NCBI GenBank assembly: GCA_902595425.1
Contig: CACJPV010000004.1
Location: 47,006 to 111,005 of the forward strand
Origin: an uncultured Alphaproteobacteria bacterium
GTDB taxonomy: Bacteria; Pseudomonadota; Alphaproteobacteria; HIMB59; GCA-002718135
DNA length: 64,000 nt
Direction of reading: 5' to 3'
Shown piece after piece: positions 14,829 to 26,170 of the stretch; the stretch's first letter is position 1; each line of letters begins with the position of its first letter. The position numbers and the translations under genes are program-made. The notes beneath the pieces are model-generated. The model made no database searches. It saw nothing but the letters and a program-made list of their open reading frames with translations, and had not been told where the DNA came from.

Positions 14829-16157
14829 ATGAAAGATTATGTATACGGTATAAACAAAAGTGGACTATCAGTTATAAAATTATTAAAAACACAAAATAAG
14901 GACTTTGATTGTTGGGATGATAGTAAAAAAACTAGATTTTTATTAAAAAAAAAATTTACAAATTTAAATTTAATTCCAATAAAAAAAACAAACTTAGAAA
15001 AGTATAATAATATTTATCTTACTCCAGGTGTATCTATTAATGATAAAAAATTTTCAAAAGTTTTGAAGTCAAGAATAAAAAGAGATTTAAATTTGTATTA
15101 TGAGAATATCAAGAATGAAAAAATAATCGCAATTACTGGCACCAATGGAAAATCAACTACTACAAAGCTTATTGGAGATATTTTAAAAAATTACTCTAAA
15201 AAAACTTTTGTAGGAGGCAACATTGGTGATCCACTTTGCAATTCAATATTAAGAAAAAAATTATTTTCTTACCATGTTGTAGAGTTAAGCTCGTATCAAT
15301 TAGAAACAATAAAAAATTTTGAACCAAAAATTTCTATTATACTTAACCTTGCAAAGGATCACTTAGATAGATATAAAAATTTTAGCCAATATGTTAAAGC
15401 AAAAAAAAATATACTAAATTTTAAATCACAAAATATCAATTTGATTTCTATTGATGATGTATTTTCCAAAAAAATATTTAATGACATTAATATTAAAAAT
15501 AAAATATCTTTTTCTTTAAATAATAGTAAGGCAGATATTTATTTTGAAAAAGGATTTATAATTGATAAATATTTTAGTAAATATAAGAAAATCAAATTGT
15601 CTGATATTTCTTTAGATCTTTCACATAAATACAATATTCAGAATATATTAGCTTCTTATGCAGTGTGTAAATATTTAAATATTCCAATAAAATTCTTCAA
15701 AGAAAGTATTAAAAATTTCCAAGGCTTACCTTTTAGGTCTTCAATTACTTTAAATACTAAATCTAAAATGATAATCAATAATAGTAAAGCTACTAATGTA
15801 ACGTCAGCATTATTAACTCTAGAAGACAAAAAAAATATTTTTTTAATCTTGGGTGGAATTGCAAAAAAAGGAGATGATTTTAGATACTTTTATAGATTTA
15901 AAAATGATATTCAAAAAATATATATATATGGCAAATCAAGATTTTTAATTAAAAAACAAATAAGATTACCTGAAATTGTTGAAGTAAATATAAATTTAAA
16001 AAAAACTTTAGATAGTCTTTGGAAACACTTATCTGACTTTGATAGAAAAGCTACAATTATATTTGCTCCAGCGTGTGCATCTTTTGATCAGTTTGATAAC
16101 TTTGAAAAAAGAGGAAATTATTTTAATAAATTAGTTTTAAAAAAGATTAAGAAATGA
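14829..16157 (+). CDS. murD: UDP-N-acetylmuramoylalanine--D-glutamate ligase
   Basis: 442 aa; P-loop ITGTNGKSTT; position between mraY and ftsW. Confidence 0.9.
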   Translation: MKDYVYGINKSGLSVIKLLKTQNKDFDCWDDSKKTRFLLKKKFTNLNLIPIKKTNLEKYNNIYLTPGVSINDKKFSKVLKSRIKRDLNLYYENIKNEKIIAITGTNGKSTTTKLIGDILKNYSKKTFVGGNIGDPLCNSILRKKLFSYHVVELSSYQLETIKNFEPKISIILNLAKDHLDRYKNFSQYVKAKKNILNFKSQNINLISIDDVFSKKIFNDINIKNKISFSLNNSKADIYFEKGFIIDKYFSKYKKIKLSDISLDLSHKYNIQNILASYAVCKYLNIPIKFFKESIKNFQGLPFRSSITLNTKSKMIINNSKATNVTSALLTLEDKKNIFLILGGIAKKGDDFRYFYRFKNDIQKIYIYGKSRFLIKKQIRLPEIVEVNINLKKTLDSLWKHLSDFDRKATIIFAPACASFDQFDNFEKRGNYFNKLVLKKIKK

Positions 16158-17203
16158 ATTTAAGAAATTTTTGGTCTTCAATTGATAAAATTAACTTTAT
16201 ACTTATTCTAATATTAGGTTTACTCGGCGTATTATTATCTTATTCAGTAAATCAGAATTTTTTAATTATAAATAGGCATAGTATTTTTTATATATTTAGT
16301 TTGATAATCATTATTGTGTTGTCACAACAATCAGATAAAAATATCAGAAGATTTGCTTTATTTGGTTTTATTATATTAATAATATTACTAGGTTCGTTAT
16401 TTTTGTTTGATTATGAGGTGAAAGGTGCAAAAAGATGGTTAAAAGTAGATAGTTTTTCTTTTCAGCCATCTGAAGTTATTAAACCATTCTTTATAATATT
16501 ATCTTCTTGGGGAATTGCGCAATCTATTCAAGGAAGAAATTATTATTTAGTTACTACATTTATATTTTTTATAATATTAATTACTTTAGTGCTAATGCAA
16601 CCTGATTTAGGTATGACAATTTTGATCTCTGCAACTTTTTTTTGCCAACTTTTTATAGCAGGTTTACCAATTCTCTTAGTAATTTATGGTTTGATATTTA
16701 TTTTTTTGGTTTCTATTTTTGCATATTATTTTCTTGATCACGTTAAAAATAGAATAGACTCTTTTTTAGGAAATGCTGATTCATATCAAATAGATTTGAG
16801 TTTAATGGCATTTAAATCTGGAGGCATTTTAGGGAAAGGTCCTGGTCAGGGTGACCTAAAAGAAAAAATACCTGATGCAAATACTGATTTTATATTTGCT
16901 GTGGCAGGTGAGGAGTTAGGTTTAATTTTTTGTTTAATTATTCTAATAATAATTCTTTCAATAGTAATCAAAACATTATTAAAAGTTCTAAAGGTAAGTA
17001 ATCCTTATAAAATAATAGCTACATCAGGTTTAATTTGTTCATTTGGACTTCAAAGTTTAATTAATATTTTAAGTGCATTAGGCATGATACCAACTAAAGG
17101 TATGACCCTTCCTTTTGTAAGTTATGGGGGCTCATCTATGTTAGCAACAAGTATATTATTCGGTTTTTTATTATCAATTACAAATCTAAAAAATAATGAG
17201 TGA
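16154..17203 (+). CDS. ftsW: SEDS-family peptidoglycan glycosyltransferase FtsW
   Basis: 349 aa, about 9-10 TM; SEDS motifs FQPSEVIKP, MQPDLGM, TDFIFAV, LPFVSYGGSS; dcw position. Confidence 0.9.
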   Translation: MNLRNFWSSIDKINFILILILGLLGVLLSYSVNQNFLIINRHSIFYIFSLIIIIVLSQQSDKNIRRFALFGFIILIILLGSLFLFDYEVKGAKRWLKVDSFSFQPSEVIKPFFIILSSWGIAQSIQGRNYYLVTTFIFFIILITLVLMQPDLGMTILISATFFCQLFIAGLPILLVIYGLIFIFLVSIFAYYFLDHVKNRIDSFLGNADSYQIDLSLMAFKSGGILGKGPGQGDLKEKIPDANTDFIFAVAGEELGLIFCLIILIIILSIVIKTLLKVLKVSNPYKIIATSGLICSFGLQSLINILSALGMIPTKGMTLPFVSYGGSSMLATSILFGFLLSITNLKNNE

Positions 17204-18287
17204 TAATATATTAATAATTACAGGAGGTACTGGCGGGCATGTTTTGCCTGCAGTCAATTTTTTTAAATATTTATCACAACAAAAGAAAAAGGTTTTTATA
17301 TTGACAGATTATAGAGGAAATAAATATATTCATAATATAAATCAAAACAAAATATTTAAAATTTATTCCTCACATTATTCAGGTAGTTTATTTTTTAAAT
17401 TAATAGCTACAATTAAGTTGCTATTGGGTTTTATTCAATCAATAATAATATTTGTAAAATTAAAACCCAAAAATATTGTATCTTTTGGAAGTTATGCATC
17501 TTCAGCACCGTTATTATGTTTTTTATTATTTAATTATTTTTTTAAAACTTCTTTATATCTACATGAACAAAACTCTGTTGTAGGAAAAGTAAATAGAATA
17601 TTCCTTAAATTTTCTAGAAAAATTTTTATGAATTTTGATAAAGAGTATTTAAATATTAAAAATTATCAAGATAAAATATCAATTGTAGGTTTGCCTCAAA
17701 AAATAAAAGTTAATAATTCTATTAATATCAAAAATAAAAACTTTTCTGCAGTTAACTTTTTAATTTTTGCAGGTAGTCAAGGGTCATTAGATTTATTGGA
17801 TATTTTTATAAATATACTTAAAAATTTAAATCGAATTTCAATTTCAAAACAAATTTTTTTTACAATTCAGGCGCCATTATCAAAACATTTAGAAATTGAA
17901 GATATATTAAAGAAAAATAACTATAAATTTCAAATTAAAAATTTTTACAATGATTTTGACAATATATTGAAGCAAACTGATATTGCTCTTTGTAGATCAG
18001 GTGCGGGAACTATTAACGATCTAATTACTTATAAAATTCCTGCTGTTATATGCCCACTGCCTAGCGCAAAAGATAATCATCAATATGAAAATGCAAAAAT
18101 ACTTACCAATATTAAATGCGCTATTGTAGTAGATAAAAGTAAAATTAATGATGATGAAATGATTTTATTTATAGATAAATCATTAAATGATAAGAATTTT
18201 AAATATAATTTGAAACAAAATTTTGATGCAATCGAAATTAAAAATACAAATGAGCTAATGTGGAATTATATTAAAAATGCAAAATAA
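17196..18287 (+). CDS. murG: UDP-N-acetylglucosamine--N-acetylmuramyl-(pentapeptide) pyrophosphoryl-undecaprenol GlcNAc transferase
   Basis: 363 aa; N-terminal GGTGGHVLPA motif of glycosyltransferase family 28; C-terminal CRSGAGTINDL; dcw position. Confidence 0.9.
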   Translation: MSDNILIITGGTGGHVLPAVNFFKYLSQQKKKVFILTDYRGNKYIHNINQNKIFKIYSSHYSGSLFFKLIATIKLLLGFIQSIIIFVKLKPKNIVSFGSYASSAPLLCFLLFNYFFKTSLYLHEQNSVVGKVNRIFLKFSRKIFMNFDKEYLNIKNYQDKISIVGLPQKIKVNNSINIKNKNFSAVNFLIFAGSQGSLDLLDIFINILKNLNRISISKQIFFTIQAPLSKHLEIEDILKKNNYKFQIKNFYNDFDNILKQTDIALCRSGAGTINDLITYKIPAVICPLPSAKDNHQYENAKILTNIKCAIVVDKSKINDDEMILFIDKSLNDKNFKYNLKQNFDAIEIKNTNELMWNYIKNAK

Positions 18288-19662
18288 AAATCAAAAAATA
18301 AGAGTTCATTTTATTGGAATTGGCGGTATTGGTATGTCAGGCATTGCAGAACTAATGAAAAAAATTGGTTATACTGTGTCTGGAAGTGATATTAATGAAA
18401 GTGAAAATGTAAAAAGGTTGAAAGAAATTGGCATTATTGTAAATTTAGGACATCATAAAAAAAACATATCAAAAGTGAATGCAGTTGTATATTCGTCTGC
18501 TATAAAAAAAAATAACCCTGAAATAAAAGAAGCTAAAAAAAATAAAATTCCAATTGTAAGCAGGGCTGATATGCTTGCTGAGCTCATGAAAAATAAAAAA
18601 TGTATTGCTGTTGCTGGTTCTCATGGAAAAACAACAACAACAAGTTTAGTTGGAAATATTTTAGAAACTGGAAAGTTGGATCCAACAATTGTTAATGGTG
18701 GTATAATAAATTCTATATCTAAGAACAATAAATTTGGCAAAGGTGATTGGATGGTTGTCGAAGCTGATGAAAGTGATGGCTCATTTTTGAAATTGCCGCA
18801 TCAAATATCTATAATAACAAATTTAGATATTGAGCATCTTGATTATTACAATTCTTCCAAAAATTTAATTTTAGCATTTGAAAAATTTTTAATTAATCTT
18901 CCTTTTTATGGTGTTGCAATTATAAATGAAGATGACAAGAATCTTAAAAAAATAATTTTAAGAAATGACACAAGGAAAATAATTTCTTATTCAAGTAAAA
19001 ATAAAACTTCAGATGTTTTTATTAAAAAAGTTATCTTTAAAAAACAATACAGTAAATTTGAATTAAAATTTAACATTCCTATAAATAATTTTTTAGGTTT
19101 GCAGTCTTACACAGTAAAAGCAATAGGATTACATAATATTTATAATGCAACTGCTAGCATTATTGCAGGTTTGATAGCAGGTGTAAAAAACAATTATATT
19201 AATTCTGCATTAATTAATTATAATGGAGTAAAAAGAAGATTTACACATTTAGGAAAAGTAAACTTGTCAAATATTTATGATGATTATGCTCATCATCCAA
19301 CTGAAATTCTAGCGACTTTAAAAGGTGCAAAACAAATTAATAAAAATATTGTTGTAGTTTTTCAACCACATAGATACTCTAGAACTAAAATTTTATTTAA
19401 TGAGTTTTTAAAAGTATTATCGAAAATTAATAAATTATATTTACTTGATACTTATTCTGCAGGAGAAAAAATAATTAAAGGCTTTGAAACCAAGGATATT
19501 TTTAATAATTTAACAAAATCAAAAAAAAATATTTTTTACGTAAAAGAAAAAAATTTAAATAAAAGTATCTATAAAGAAACTAATAAAAAAAATATTATTA
19601 TATTTATGGGTGCTGGTTCTATAAGTAAAATTGCAAGTAACTTTTTGAAAATTAATGAATGA
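18277..19662 (+). CDS. murC: UDP-N-acetylmuramate--L-alanine ligase
   Basis: 461 aa; HFIGIGGIGMSGIAE N-terminus; P-loop VAGSHGKTTTT. Confidence 0.92.
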   Translation: MQNKNQKIRVHFIGIGGIGMSGIAELMKKIGYTVSGSDINESENVKRLKEIGIIVNLGHHKKNISKVNAVVYSSAIKKNNPEIKEAKKNKIPIVSRADMLAELMKNKKCIAVAGSHGKTTTTSLVGNILETGKLDPTIVNGGIINSISKNNKFGKGDWMVVEADESDGSFLKLPHQISIITNLDIEHLDYYNSSKNLILAFEKFLINLPFYGVAIINEDDKNLKKIILRNDTRKIISYSSKNKTSDVFIKKVIFKKQYSKFELKFNIPINNFLGLQSYTVKAIGLHNIYNATASIIAGLIAGVKNNYINSALINYNGVKRRFTHLGKVNLSNIYDDYAHHPTEILATLKGAKQINKNIVVVFQPHRYSRTKILFNEFLKVLSKINKLYLLDTYSAGEKIIKGFETKDIFNNLTKSKKNIFYVKEKNLNKSIYKETNKKNIIIFMGAGSISKIASNFLKINE

Positions 19663-20548
19663 TATTTTTGTAGAAATACAATCAAAAATCAAAGATAAAA
19701 TATTATTTGATTATGATATGGGAAATGCAACTTGGTTTCGGACTGGAGGAAAGGCAAAAGGATTTGCTGTAATAAATAATCTAGCAGATCTGAAAACTAT
19801 TGTTGGTTATTCAACTAAAATAAAATACTCAATAATTGGAGTGGGTTCTAATCTTTTAGTTCGAGATAAAGGGTATAATGGTTTAATAATTAAATTAGGA
19901 AAAAATTTTAATAAAATTAAGATTAATAAAAATATTCTAAGCGTTGGAGCAGGTGTTTTGGATTTAAACCTTGCAAAATTTGCACTTAAAAACTCAATAA
20001 AGGATTTTGAATTTTTCACCGGTATACCTGGCACAATTGGTGGGGCTGTTAAGATGAACGCAGGTTGTTATGGTTATCAAACATCAGATAATTTAAATAG
20101 AATTTTACTTTTAAATTCTAAAAGAGAAGTACAATATATTTATTTGAAAGATTTAAATTTAAAATATAGATCTTCAAGTATAGAAAAAAATTCTATAATT
20201 TTACAAGCAGATTTCAATTTTGAATATTCATCTTATGATGAAATTTTAAAAAAAAATATTTATATAAAATCAAAAAGAAAAGAAACACAGCCAATTAAGG
20301 AAAAGACATCAGGGAGTACATTTAAAAATCCTCCAGATAGTTATGCAGCAGAGCTAATTGAAAAAGCTGGGTGTAAGGGAATGCAAGTTGGGGATGCTAC
20401 AGTAAGTTATAAGCATTCAAATTTCATAATAAATAATGGAAATGCTAGTGCTAGTGATATTGAAAATTTAGGCAAGAAAGTCATCAATCGGGTAAAAGAA
20501 GTACATGGGATTGAGCTTGAATGGGAAATCAAAATCTTAGGTAAGTGA
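19655..20548 (+). CDS. murB: UDP-N-acetylenolpyruvoylglucosamine reductase
   Basis: 297 aa; FAD-binding PCMH-type region (TWFRTGG, GVGSNLLV); C-terminal GSTFKNP. Confidence 0.9.
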   Translation: MNDIFVEIQSKIKDKILFDYDMGNATWFRTGGKAKGFAVINNLADLKTIVGYSTKIKYSIIGVGSNLLVRDKGYNGLIIKLGKNFNKIKINKNILSVGAGVLDLNLAKFALKNSIKDFEFFTGIPGTIGGAVKMNAGCYGYQTSDNLNRILLLNSKREVQYIYLKDLNLKYRSSSIEKNSIILQADFNFEYSSYDEILKKNIYIKSKRKETQPIKEKTSGSTFKNPPDSYAAELIEKAGCKGMQVGDATVSYKHSNFIINNGNASASDIENLGKKVINRVKEVHGIELEWEIKILGK

Positions 20549-20552
20549 ATTG

Positions 20553-21494
20553 ATGAAAGTTTTGATATTACAGGGAGGTTATAATGAGGAGCATAGAGTT
20601 TCTTTAAACACTTCTAGGCAAATTGGTAGTGCTCTAAAAAAAATGAATATAAATTTTAAAAATCTCACAGTAAATCCCAAAACATTTGAAAATGATATTT
20701 TAAAATATTCAAATAAATACATATGCTTTAATGCTTTACATGGTCCATTTGGTGAAGATGGAGTAATTCAAAAAATATTAAAAAAAAATAAATTTCGATT
20801 TACTCACTCGAATCAAATTTCATCAGCTAATTGCTTCAACAAGGTAAAATCGAAAAAAATTGTTAAAAAATTAAATATAAAAACTCCAGCATTCGAAATT
20901 GTTAAATGTAAGGCTATCACTTCTAAGTTATTGTTATATATAAAAAAAAAATATTCAAAATTTGTTTTAAAACCAGTCTCAAGTGGGTCAAGTTATGGTT
21001 TAAAAATCATCAAGTCAAAAAAAGATTTAAATATTTTTCTTAATGAACTTGCAAAATATAAAAAAGGATTCAATTCCAATGAACAATTTTTGATAGAAAA
21101 ATTTATTGAGGGTAATGAATTGACCGTATCAGTACTCGAAAAAAATTCTATACCACAACCTTTGGCTGTAACAGAAATAGTTTCTTTGAATTCTACATAT
21201 GATTATCAGGCAAAGTACTCCAAAGGATATTCAAAGCATTTTATACCAGCAAGGATAAATAAAAAAAATTACAATAAATGTATGAACCTAGCTTTAAAAA
21301 TTCACAAAATTTTTAGATGTAATACACTTTCTAGAATTGATTTTATTATAAATAAAAAACAAGATCAAATCTATTTTTTGGAAATAAATTCTCAACCTGG
21401 AATGACAAAAATTTCATTGTTGCCAGAACAAGCAAAGTATCAAAAAATTAAGTTTGAAAGTATTATTCTAAATTTAATCAAAAACGCAAAATGA
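20553..21494 (+). CDS. ddl: D-alanine--D-alanine ligase
   Basis: ATP-grasp enzyme; ALHGPFGEDGVIQ motif; C-terminal RIDFI...YFLEINSQPGMT. ATG 20553 preferred over the track's TTG 20550. Confidence 0.9.
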   Translation: MKVLILQGGYNEEHRVSLNTSRQIGSALKKMNINFKNLTVNPKTFENDILKYSNKYICFNALHGPFGEDGVIQKILKKNKFRFTHSNQISSANCFNKVKSKKIVKKLNIKTPAFEIVKCKAITSKLLLYIKKKYSKFVLKPVSSGSSYGLKIIKSKKDLNIFLNELAKYKKGFNSNEQFLIEKFIEGNELTVSVLEKNSIPQPLAVTEIVSLNSTYDYQAKYSKGYSKHFIPARINKKNYNKCMNLALKIHKIFRCNTLSRIDFIINKKQDQIYFLEINSQPGMTKISLLPEQAKYQKIKFESIILNLIKNAK

Positions 21495-22255
21495 GAAACA
21501 ATTTTAACAAAAAAAAAATTTCTTTTATTTCGTTATCAAAAATAATTAAATATTTAATTGTAATCTTAATTTTTTTTGTATTATCATTTTTTCTTTATGA
21601 TGAATTTTTAAAACAAAAAAAATATAAAAAATTTCTTCAAGAATTTTCTGAAAAAACTAATTATCTTTTCACTTCTTATGAAATAAACGATCTAAGAAGA
21701 GTTGATCAATCTGAAATTATTAAAATCCTTGATAAATACTTAGGTAAATCTATTTTCTTAATTCCTTTAAAAAATATCTCGAATGAGATAACTGATCTTA
21801 ATTGGGTAAAAAGTGTAAATTTGTCTAAAGATTTAAAAAGTAAAATTACAGTTCAAATTTTAGAATACGAGCCTTTGGGTTTATATGTTTTCAACAATAA
21901 AATTTATTATTTCTCTAAAGAAGGCAGAATTATAGAGCAGTCCTTAAAAAATGATGAGGAATTTATAATGTTTTCAGGAAAAAATGTATTAAGTCATGCT
22001 GTTGAGTTTTTAAATATTATTAGAAGTATGCAGAGTTCTAAATTGAATAATATTGAGGAAGCCATATTTATAAATGACAGAAGATGGAATTTAAAGCTTA
22101 GTAATCAAATATTAGTATTATTATCTGAAAAAAATATTAAATTCTCACTTAAAAATTATATAAAATTGGTAAATCAATTAAAAGAAAGTGAAACTTTGTT
22201 AATTAAAAGTATAGATTTACGGAATCAGAAGAAAGCAATAATAAATTTTAAATAA
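21491..22255 (+). CDS. ftsQ: Cell division protein FtsQ
   Basis: 254 aa; N-terminal TM helix followed by a POTRA-like region; position between ddl and ftsA. Confidence 0.75.
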   Translation: MRNNFNKKKISFISLSKIIKYLIVILIFFVLSFFLYDEFLKQKKYKKFLQEFSEKTNYLFTSYEINDLRRVDQSEIIKILDKYLGKSIFLIPLKNISNEITDLNWVKSVNLSKDLKSKITVQILEYEPLGLYVFNNKIYYFSKEGRIIEQSLKNDEEFIMFSGKNVLSHAVEFLNIIRSMQSSKLNNIEEAIFINDRRWNLKLSNQILVLLSEKNIKFSLKNYIKLVNQLKESETLLIKSIDLRNQKKAIINFK

Positions 22256-23475
22256 TGATTAAAGTTGGTTTAAATATTGGTAATTCTAAAATTTCATGTG
22301 CTGTTTCTGAAATAAAAGGAAATAAAACAATTCAGTTGTTATCCTATAAAAATATTCCATCAAATTTGTTAAAAAAAAATATGATAACTAATTTTAGTGA
22401 TGTAACAAAAGAAATAAGAAATTTATTGAAAGAGTCAGAAAAAAACTCTCAAACTAAAATTAATTCAATTAATCTTAACATACCAACAATTGATAGCTTA
22501 TCAAAATATTATGATGGAGAAATTAAAAATTTAAATCAGAAAATTAATGAACTAGATATAAAGAAAATTATAAATAATTCTGAATATTTTAATATTGAAA
22601 ATGATTACCACCAGTTAATTAATTATATTAATTATTATTCATTAGATGGCAATTTACTTGTTGATTCACCAATAGGAAATTATGCAAATGAATTAAAAGT
22701 ATTTTTTTATAAGATACTGATTCCCAATAAAACTATTAAAGTATATAAAAATATTATTGAAAACTTTGGTATTTCAATTGAATCTTTCGTTCCGTCCCCT
22801 TTATCGTCAGCTTTGGCTACATTAAGTAATGATGAAAAAAGAATTGGTACTATTTGTATTGATTTAGGACACTCTAATACATCAATAGCAATATTCGAAA
22901 ATAATAAATTCATATATGGCGATAGTTTTTTAGTAGGTAGTAATAATATAACTATTGACTTAGCCAGAGGTATATCGACAACAATTGATAGTGCTGAAAG
23001 ATTAAAAACACTATATAGTTCTCTTATAAGCTCTCCAAGTGATGAGTTTGAGATAATTGAAATACCGATCATCTCAGGTGAGAAGGGAAAATTTAATCAA
23101 ATTAATAAATTAAAAATAAATTCAATTATTAAACCGCGCGTTGAGGAAACATTGGAGATTGTTTGGCAAAAAATAAAACAAAATAATTTACACAACAAGC
23201 AAATAAAAAATGTAGTTTTAACAGGTGGCGGTTCACAATTGGAGGGTATATCTCAATATGCTGAATTAATTTTCTCAAGCAATGTTAGAGTAGGTTATCC
23301 AAAAGAAGAAATTATTTCATCAGTTGATATTCAAAATCCAAGCTATGTTGATGCCTTAGGGTGTAGTCTATTTGATAATATTGATTTTTCTGATAAAATT
23401 ATTGAAAAACTGCAAAAAAGAGAAAAAAAAGAAGGTTTTAAAGGATTTTTTAGTTGGCTAGACCAATATATTTGA
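22255..23475 (+). CDS. ftsA: Cell division protein FtsA
   Basis: 406 aa actin-fold ATPase; DLGHSNTSIAIF and VLTGGGSQLEGI phosphate/adenosine motifs; ATG overlaps the ftsQ stop. Confidence 0.85.
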   Translation: MIKVGLNIGNSKISCAVSEIKGNKTIQLLSYKNIPSNLLKKNMITNFSDVTKEIRNLLKESEKNSQTKINSINLNIPTIDSLSKYYDGEIKNLNQKINELDIKKIINNSEYFNIENDYHQLINYINYYSLDGNLLVDSPIGNYANELKVFFYKILIPNKTIKVYKNIIENFGISIESFVPSPLSSALATLSNDEKRIGTICIDLGHSNTSIAIFENNKFIYGDSFLVGSNNITIDLARGISTTIDSAERLKTLYSSLISSPSDEFEIIEIPIISGEKGKFNQINKLKINSIIKPRVEETLEIVWQKIKQNNLHNKQIKNVVLTGGGSQLEGISQYAELIFSSNVRVGYPKEEIISSVDIQNPSYVDALGCSLFDNIDFSDKIIEKLQKREKKEGFKGFFSWLDQYI

Positions 23476-23560
23476 TATACATACAATATATAGATAATAA
23501 TAATTGACGATTGCGGCAACGAATCGTTAAAAATTAATAAAAAACGGCGGAGATTAATAA

Positions 23561-25210
23561 ATGACAATAAATATATCACTACAAGATGTAGGAGAAAATT
23601 TACATCCTAAAATAACAGTTTTAGGTGTTGGCGGATCTGGAGGAAATGCCGTTAACAATATGATAAATGCAAATTTAGAGGGAGTTGATTTTTTAATAGC
23701 TAATACTGATGCACAAGCTCTACAAATTTCTAAATGTCCAAATAAAATTCAATTAGGCTTAAATAGTACCAAGGGTCTTGGCGCAGGTATGAGGCCAGAT
23801 ATTGGTAAACAAGCAGCTGAAGAGAATATTCAGGAAATAACTGAAAAATTAGATGGAAGTCATATGCTGTTCGTTGCTGCTGGTATGGGAGGAGGAACTG
23901 GTACTGGAGCTGCCCCTGTAATAGCTAAAATTGCACGAGAAAGAGGTATACTAACTGTAGGAGTTGTAACTAAACCATTTCATTTTGAAGGTTCTCAAAG
24001 AATGAAGTTAGCAGAAAAGGGTATTGAAGAATTACAGCAATATGTTGATACTCTCTTAACAATTCCAAATCAAAATTTGTTTAGAATAGCAAATGAAAAA
24101 ACAACTTTTTCCGATGCATTTAAAATGGCAGATGACGTTTTATATGCTGGAGTTAGGGGTGTTACAGACCTTATGGTTCAGCCAGGTATGATTAACTTAG
24201 ATTTTTCAGATATCAAAACAGTTATGTCTGAAATGGGTAAAGCAATGATGGGCACTGGTGAGGCTTCAGGTGAGGGAAGAGCTGTAGCAGCTGCTGAAGC
24301 AGCAATAGCAAATCCATTAATTGATGATGTTTCTTTGAAAGGTGCTAAAGGATTAATAATTAATATTACTGGTGGAAAAGATATTACCCTTTATGAAGTA
24401 GATGAAGCTGCTAATAGGATTAAAAATGAAGTAGATGAAGAGGCAAATATAATTTATGGCACAACCTGTGATGATAGACTAGACGGCCTAGTAAGAGTTA
24501 GTATTGTTGCTACAGGTATTGATTCTAACTTAGGAACAAGTGCTAAACCATTAGAAAGTTTTGCTCCTATAAACATAAATAATGATATCTATAAATCAGA
24601 GTTAAAATCTGAAGAAAATATTGAAACTTCAACTTTTGATAATGTATTAAATGATAGTGAAAAAAATACTGAGATTGAAACTGAACATAACCAAGAAAGT
24701 GATATTCCTGAACAACAATATCAATCGGAAAATTATCCTGAGATAACTGATAATAAAGAACAAGAAAGTGTCTTGGATAACTATGATATAGAAGAGTCTA
24801 ATGGTGTTAAGGAGATTATTGAGAATGAAAATTATGCTCAACATGAAAATTTAGAAAATCAACCTGTTGATCAAACTATAGTCTCAGACAAAATTGAAAA
24901 TAATCATGAAGATGAGAAGGATGGGGATAATTCAAATGAAACTTCAGTTAGAAGATTGAGCTTATTTGACAATATTGCTTCTGAAAAACCATCTACAATA
25001 TATAATCAAGATCAAAAATCAGAACCCGTGATTTCAGAAAGTATTAAAGAATCAGCTGATGGTGATGATAAAGAAAGTTCAATAGAAATTGAAGAAAAAT
25101 TGGAGCCAGAATTTAGTGTAACTAGTGATGAAGCAGATGAGGATTTTAATCAAGAAACAGAAGAAGAATTACTAGACATTCCAACTTTCTTAAGGAGGCA
25201 GGCAAACTAA
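23561..25210 (+). CDS. ftsZ: Cell division GTPase FtsZ with long acidic C-terminal linker
   Basis: 549 aa; tubulin signature [20 protein letters not shown]; conserved C-terminal peptide [11 protein letters not shown]; GGAG 8 nt upstream of the ATG. Confidence 0.97.
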   Translation: MTINISLQDVGENLHPKITVLGVGGSGGNAVNNMINANLEGVDFLIANTDAQALQISKCPNKIQLGLNSTKGLGAGMRPDIGKQAAEENIQEITEKLDGSHMLFVAAGMGGGTGTGAAPVIAKIARERGILTVGVVTKPFHFEGSQRMKLAEKGIEELQQYVDTLLTIPNQNLFRIANEKTTFSDAFKMADDVLYAGVRGVTDLMVQPGMINLDFSDIKTVMSEMGKAMMGTGEASGEGRAVAAAEAAIANPLIDDVSLKGAKGLIINITGGKDITLYEVDEAANRIKNEVDEEANIIYGTTCDDRLDGLVRVSIVATGIDSNLGTSAKPLESFAPININNDIYKSELKSEENIETSTFDNVLNDSEKNTEIETEHNQESDIPEQQYQSENYPEITDNKEQESVLDNYDIEESNGVKEIIENENYAQHENLENQPVDQTIVSDKIENNHEDEKDGDNSNETSVRRLSLFDNIASEKPSTIYNQDQKSEPVISESIKESADGDDKESSIEIEEKLEPEFSVTSDEADEDFNQETEEELLDIPTFLRRQAN

Positions 25211-25270
25211 AATCCTGTAATATTTTGTAATATTCAGTTAGTTGAGGAATCTAAAAAAAAATATAAAAAA

Positions 25271-25293
25271 GTGCTGTAAACAGCACTTTTTTT
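25271..25293 (+). terminator. Rho-independent terminator after ftsZ
   Basis: GTGCTG-TAAA-CAGCAC hairpin (25271..25286) followed by seven T (25287..25293), ending at the lpxC start. Confidence 0.6.
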
Positions 25294-25294
25294 G

Positions 25295-26170
25295 ATGATA
25301 GCTACAAATAAAAAAAACAACAATCAGCAAACGATAGCAAAATCTATCTTCATAAGTGGTATTGGTCTACATACGGGTAAAGATGTAGAGTTACATTTGC
25401 AACCAGCATCTGTTGATAATGGTATAAAATTTATTCGAATAGATAAAAAACTTGATAACATAATTGAAGCAACCTGGTCTAATGTTTCAGAGACGTTACT
25501 TAGTACAACAATTTCAAATTCTTATGGCTTAAAAATATCAACAATTGAACATTTAATGAGTGCTCTTTCAGGCTTGCACATTGATAACTTAAATATTTAT
25601 ATAAATTCAATTGAAGTTCCAATTATGGATGGAAGTTCAAGGCCATTTGTAGAAATGATAGAAAAAGTTGGTATTAAAAAACAAAATAAAAGAAGAAAAC
25701 TGTTAAGTGTAAAAAAACCAATTGAAGTTCATAAAAATAATACATCTGCTAAGATTTTACCAAATCATCAATTTTCAATAGATTTTGAAATTGACTTTCC
25801 AAGTAAATTAGTTTCAAAGCAATCTTGTCAACTTCAATTAATTAATGGAAACTATAAAGCTGACATAGCAGCAGCAAGAACTTTTGGATTTGAAAAAGAT
25901 GTTGAGAATTTAAGATCTAACGGTTTGGCTCTTGGTGGATCTCTTGATAATGCTGTAGTTATTGGAGAGGAAAAGATTTTAAATAAGGATGGTTTGCGAT
26001 ATTCAGATGAATTTGTCAGACACAAAATTTTAGACTCAATTGGTGATCTATACCTAGCAGGTTCACCAATAATAGGATATTTCTATGGCAACAAATCTGG
26101 TCATTACCTTAATAACCAACTTTTGAGAAAATTATTTTCAGACACATCGAACTATGAATATATAGTTTAA
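25295..26170 (+). CDS. lpxC: UDP-3-O-acyl-N-acetylglucosamine deacetylase
   Basis: GIGLHTGKDV, TIEHLMSAL, FVRHKILDSIGDL motifs. ATG 25295 preferred over the track's TTG 25292. Confidence 0.93.
   Translation: MIATNKKNNNQQTIAKSIFISGIGLHTGKDVELHLQPASVDNGIKFIRIDKKLDNIIEATWSNVSETLLSTTISNSYGLKISTIEHLMSALSGLHIDNLNIYINSIEVPIMDGSSRPFVEMIEKVGIKKQNKRRKLLSVKKPIEVHKNNTSAKILPNHQFSIDFEIDFPSKLVSKQSCQLQLINGNYKADIAAARTFGFEKDVENLRSNGLALGGSLDNAVVIGEEKILNKDGLRYSDEFVRHKILDSIGDLYLAGSPIIGYFYGNKSGHYLNNQLLRKLFSDTSNYEYIV

Noticed and set aside
23504-23534. TTGACG-N18-TAAAAA promoter-like sequence, with a CGATT...AATCG hairpin, upstream of ftsZ
   Set aside because: It is plausible, but -10-like hexamers occur by chance everywhere in DNA this AT-rich. 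It cannot be supported without transcript mapping.
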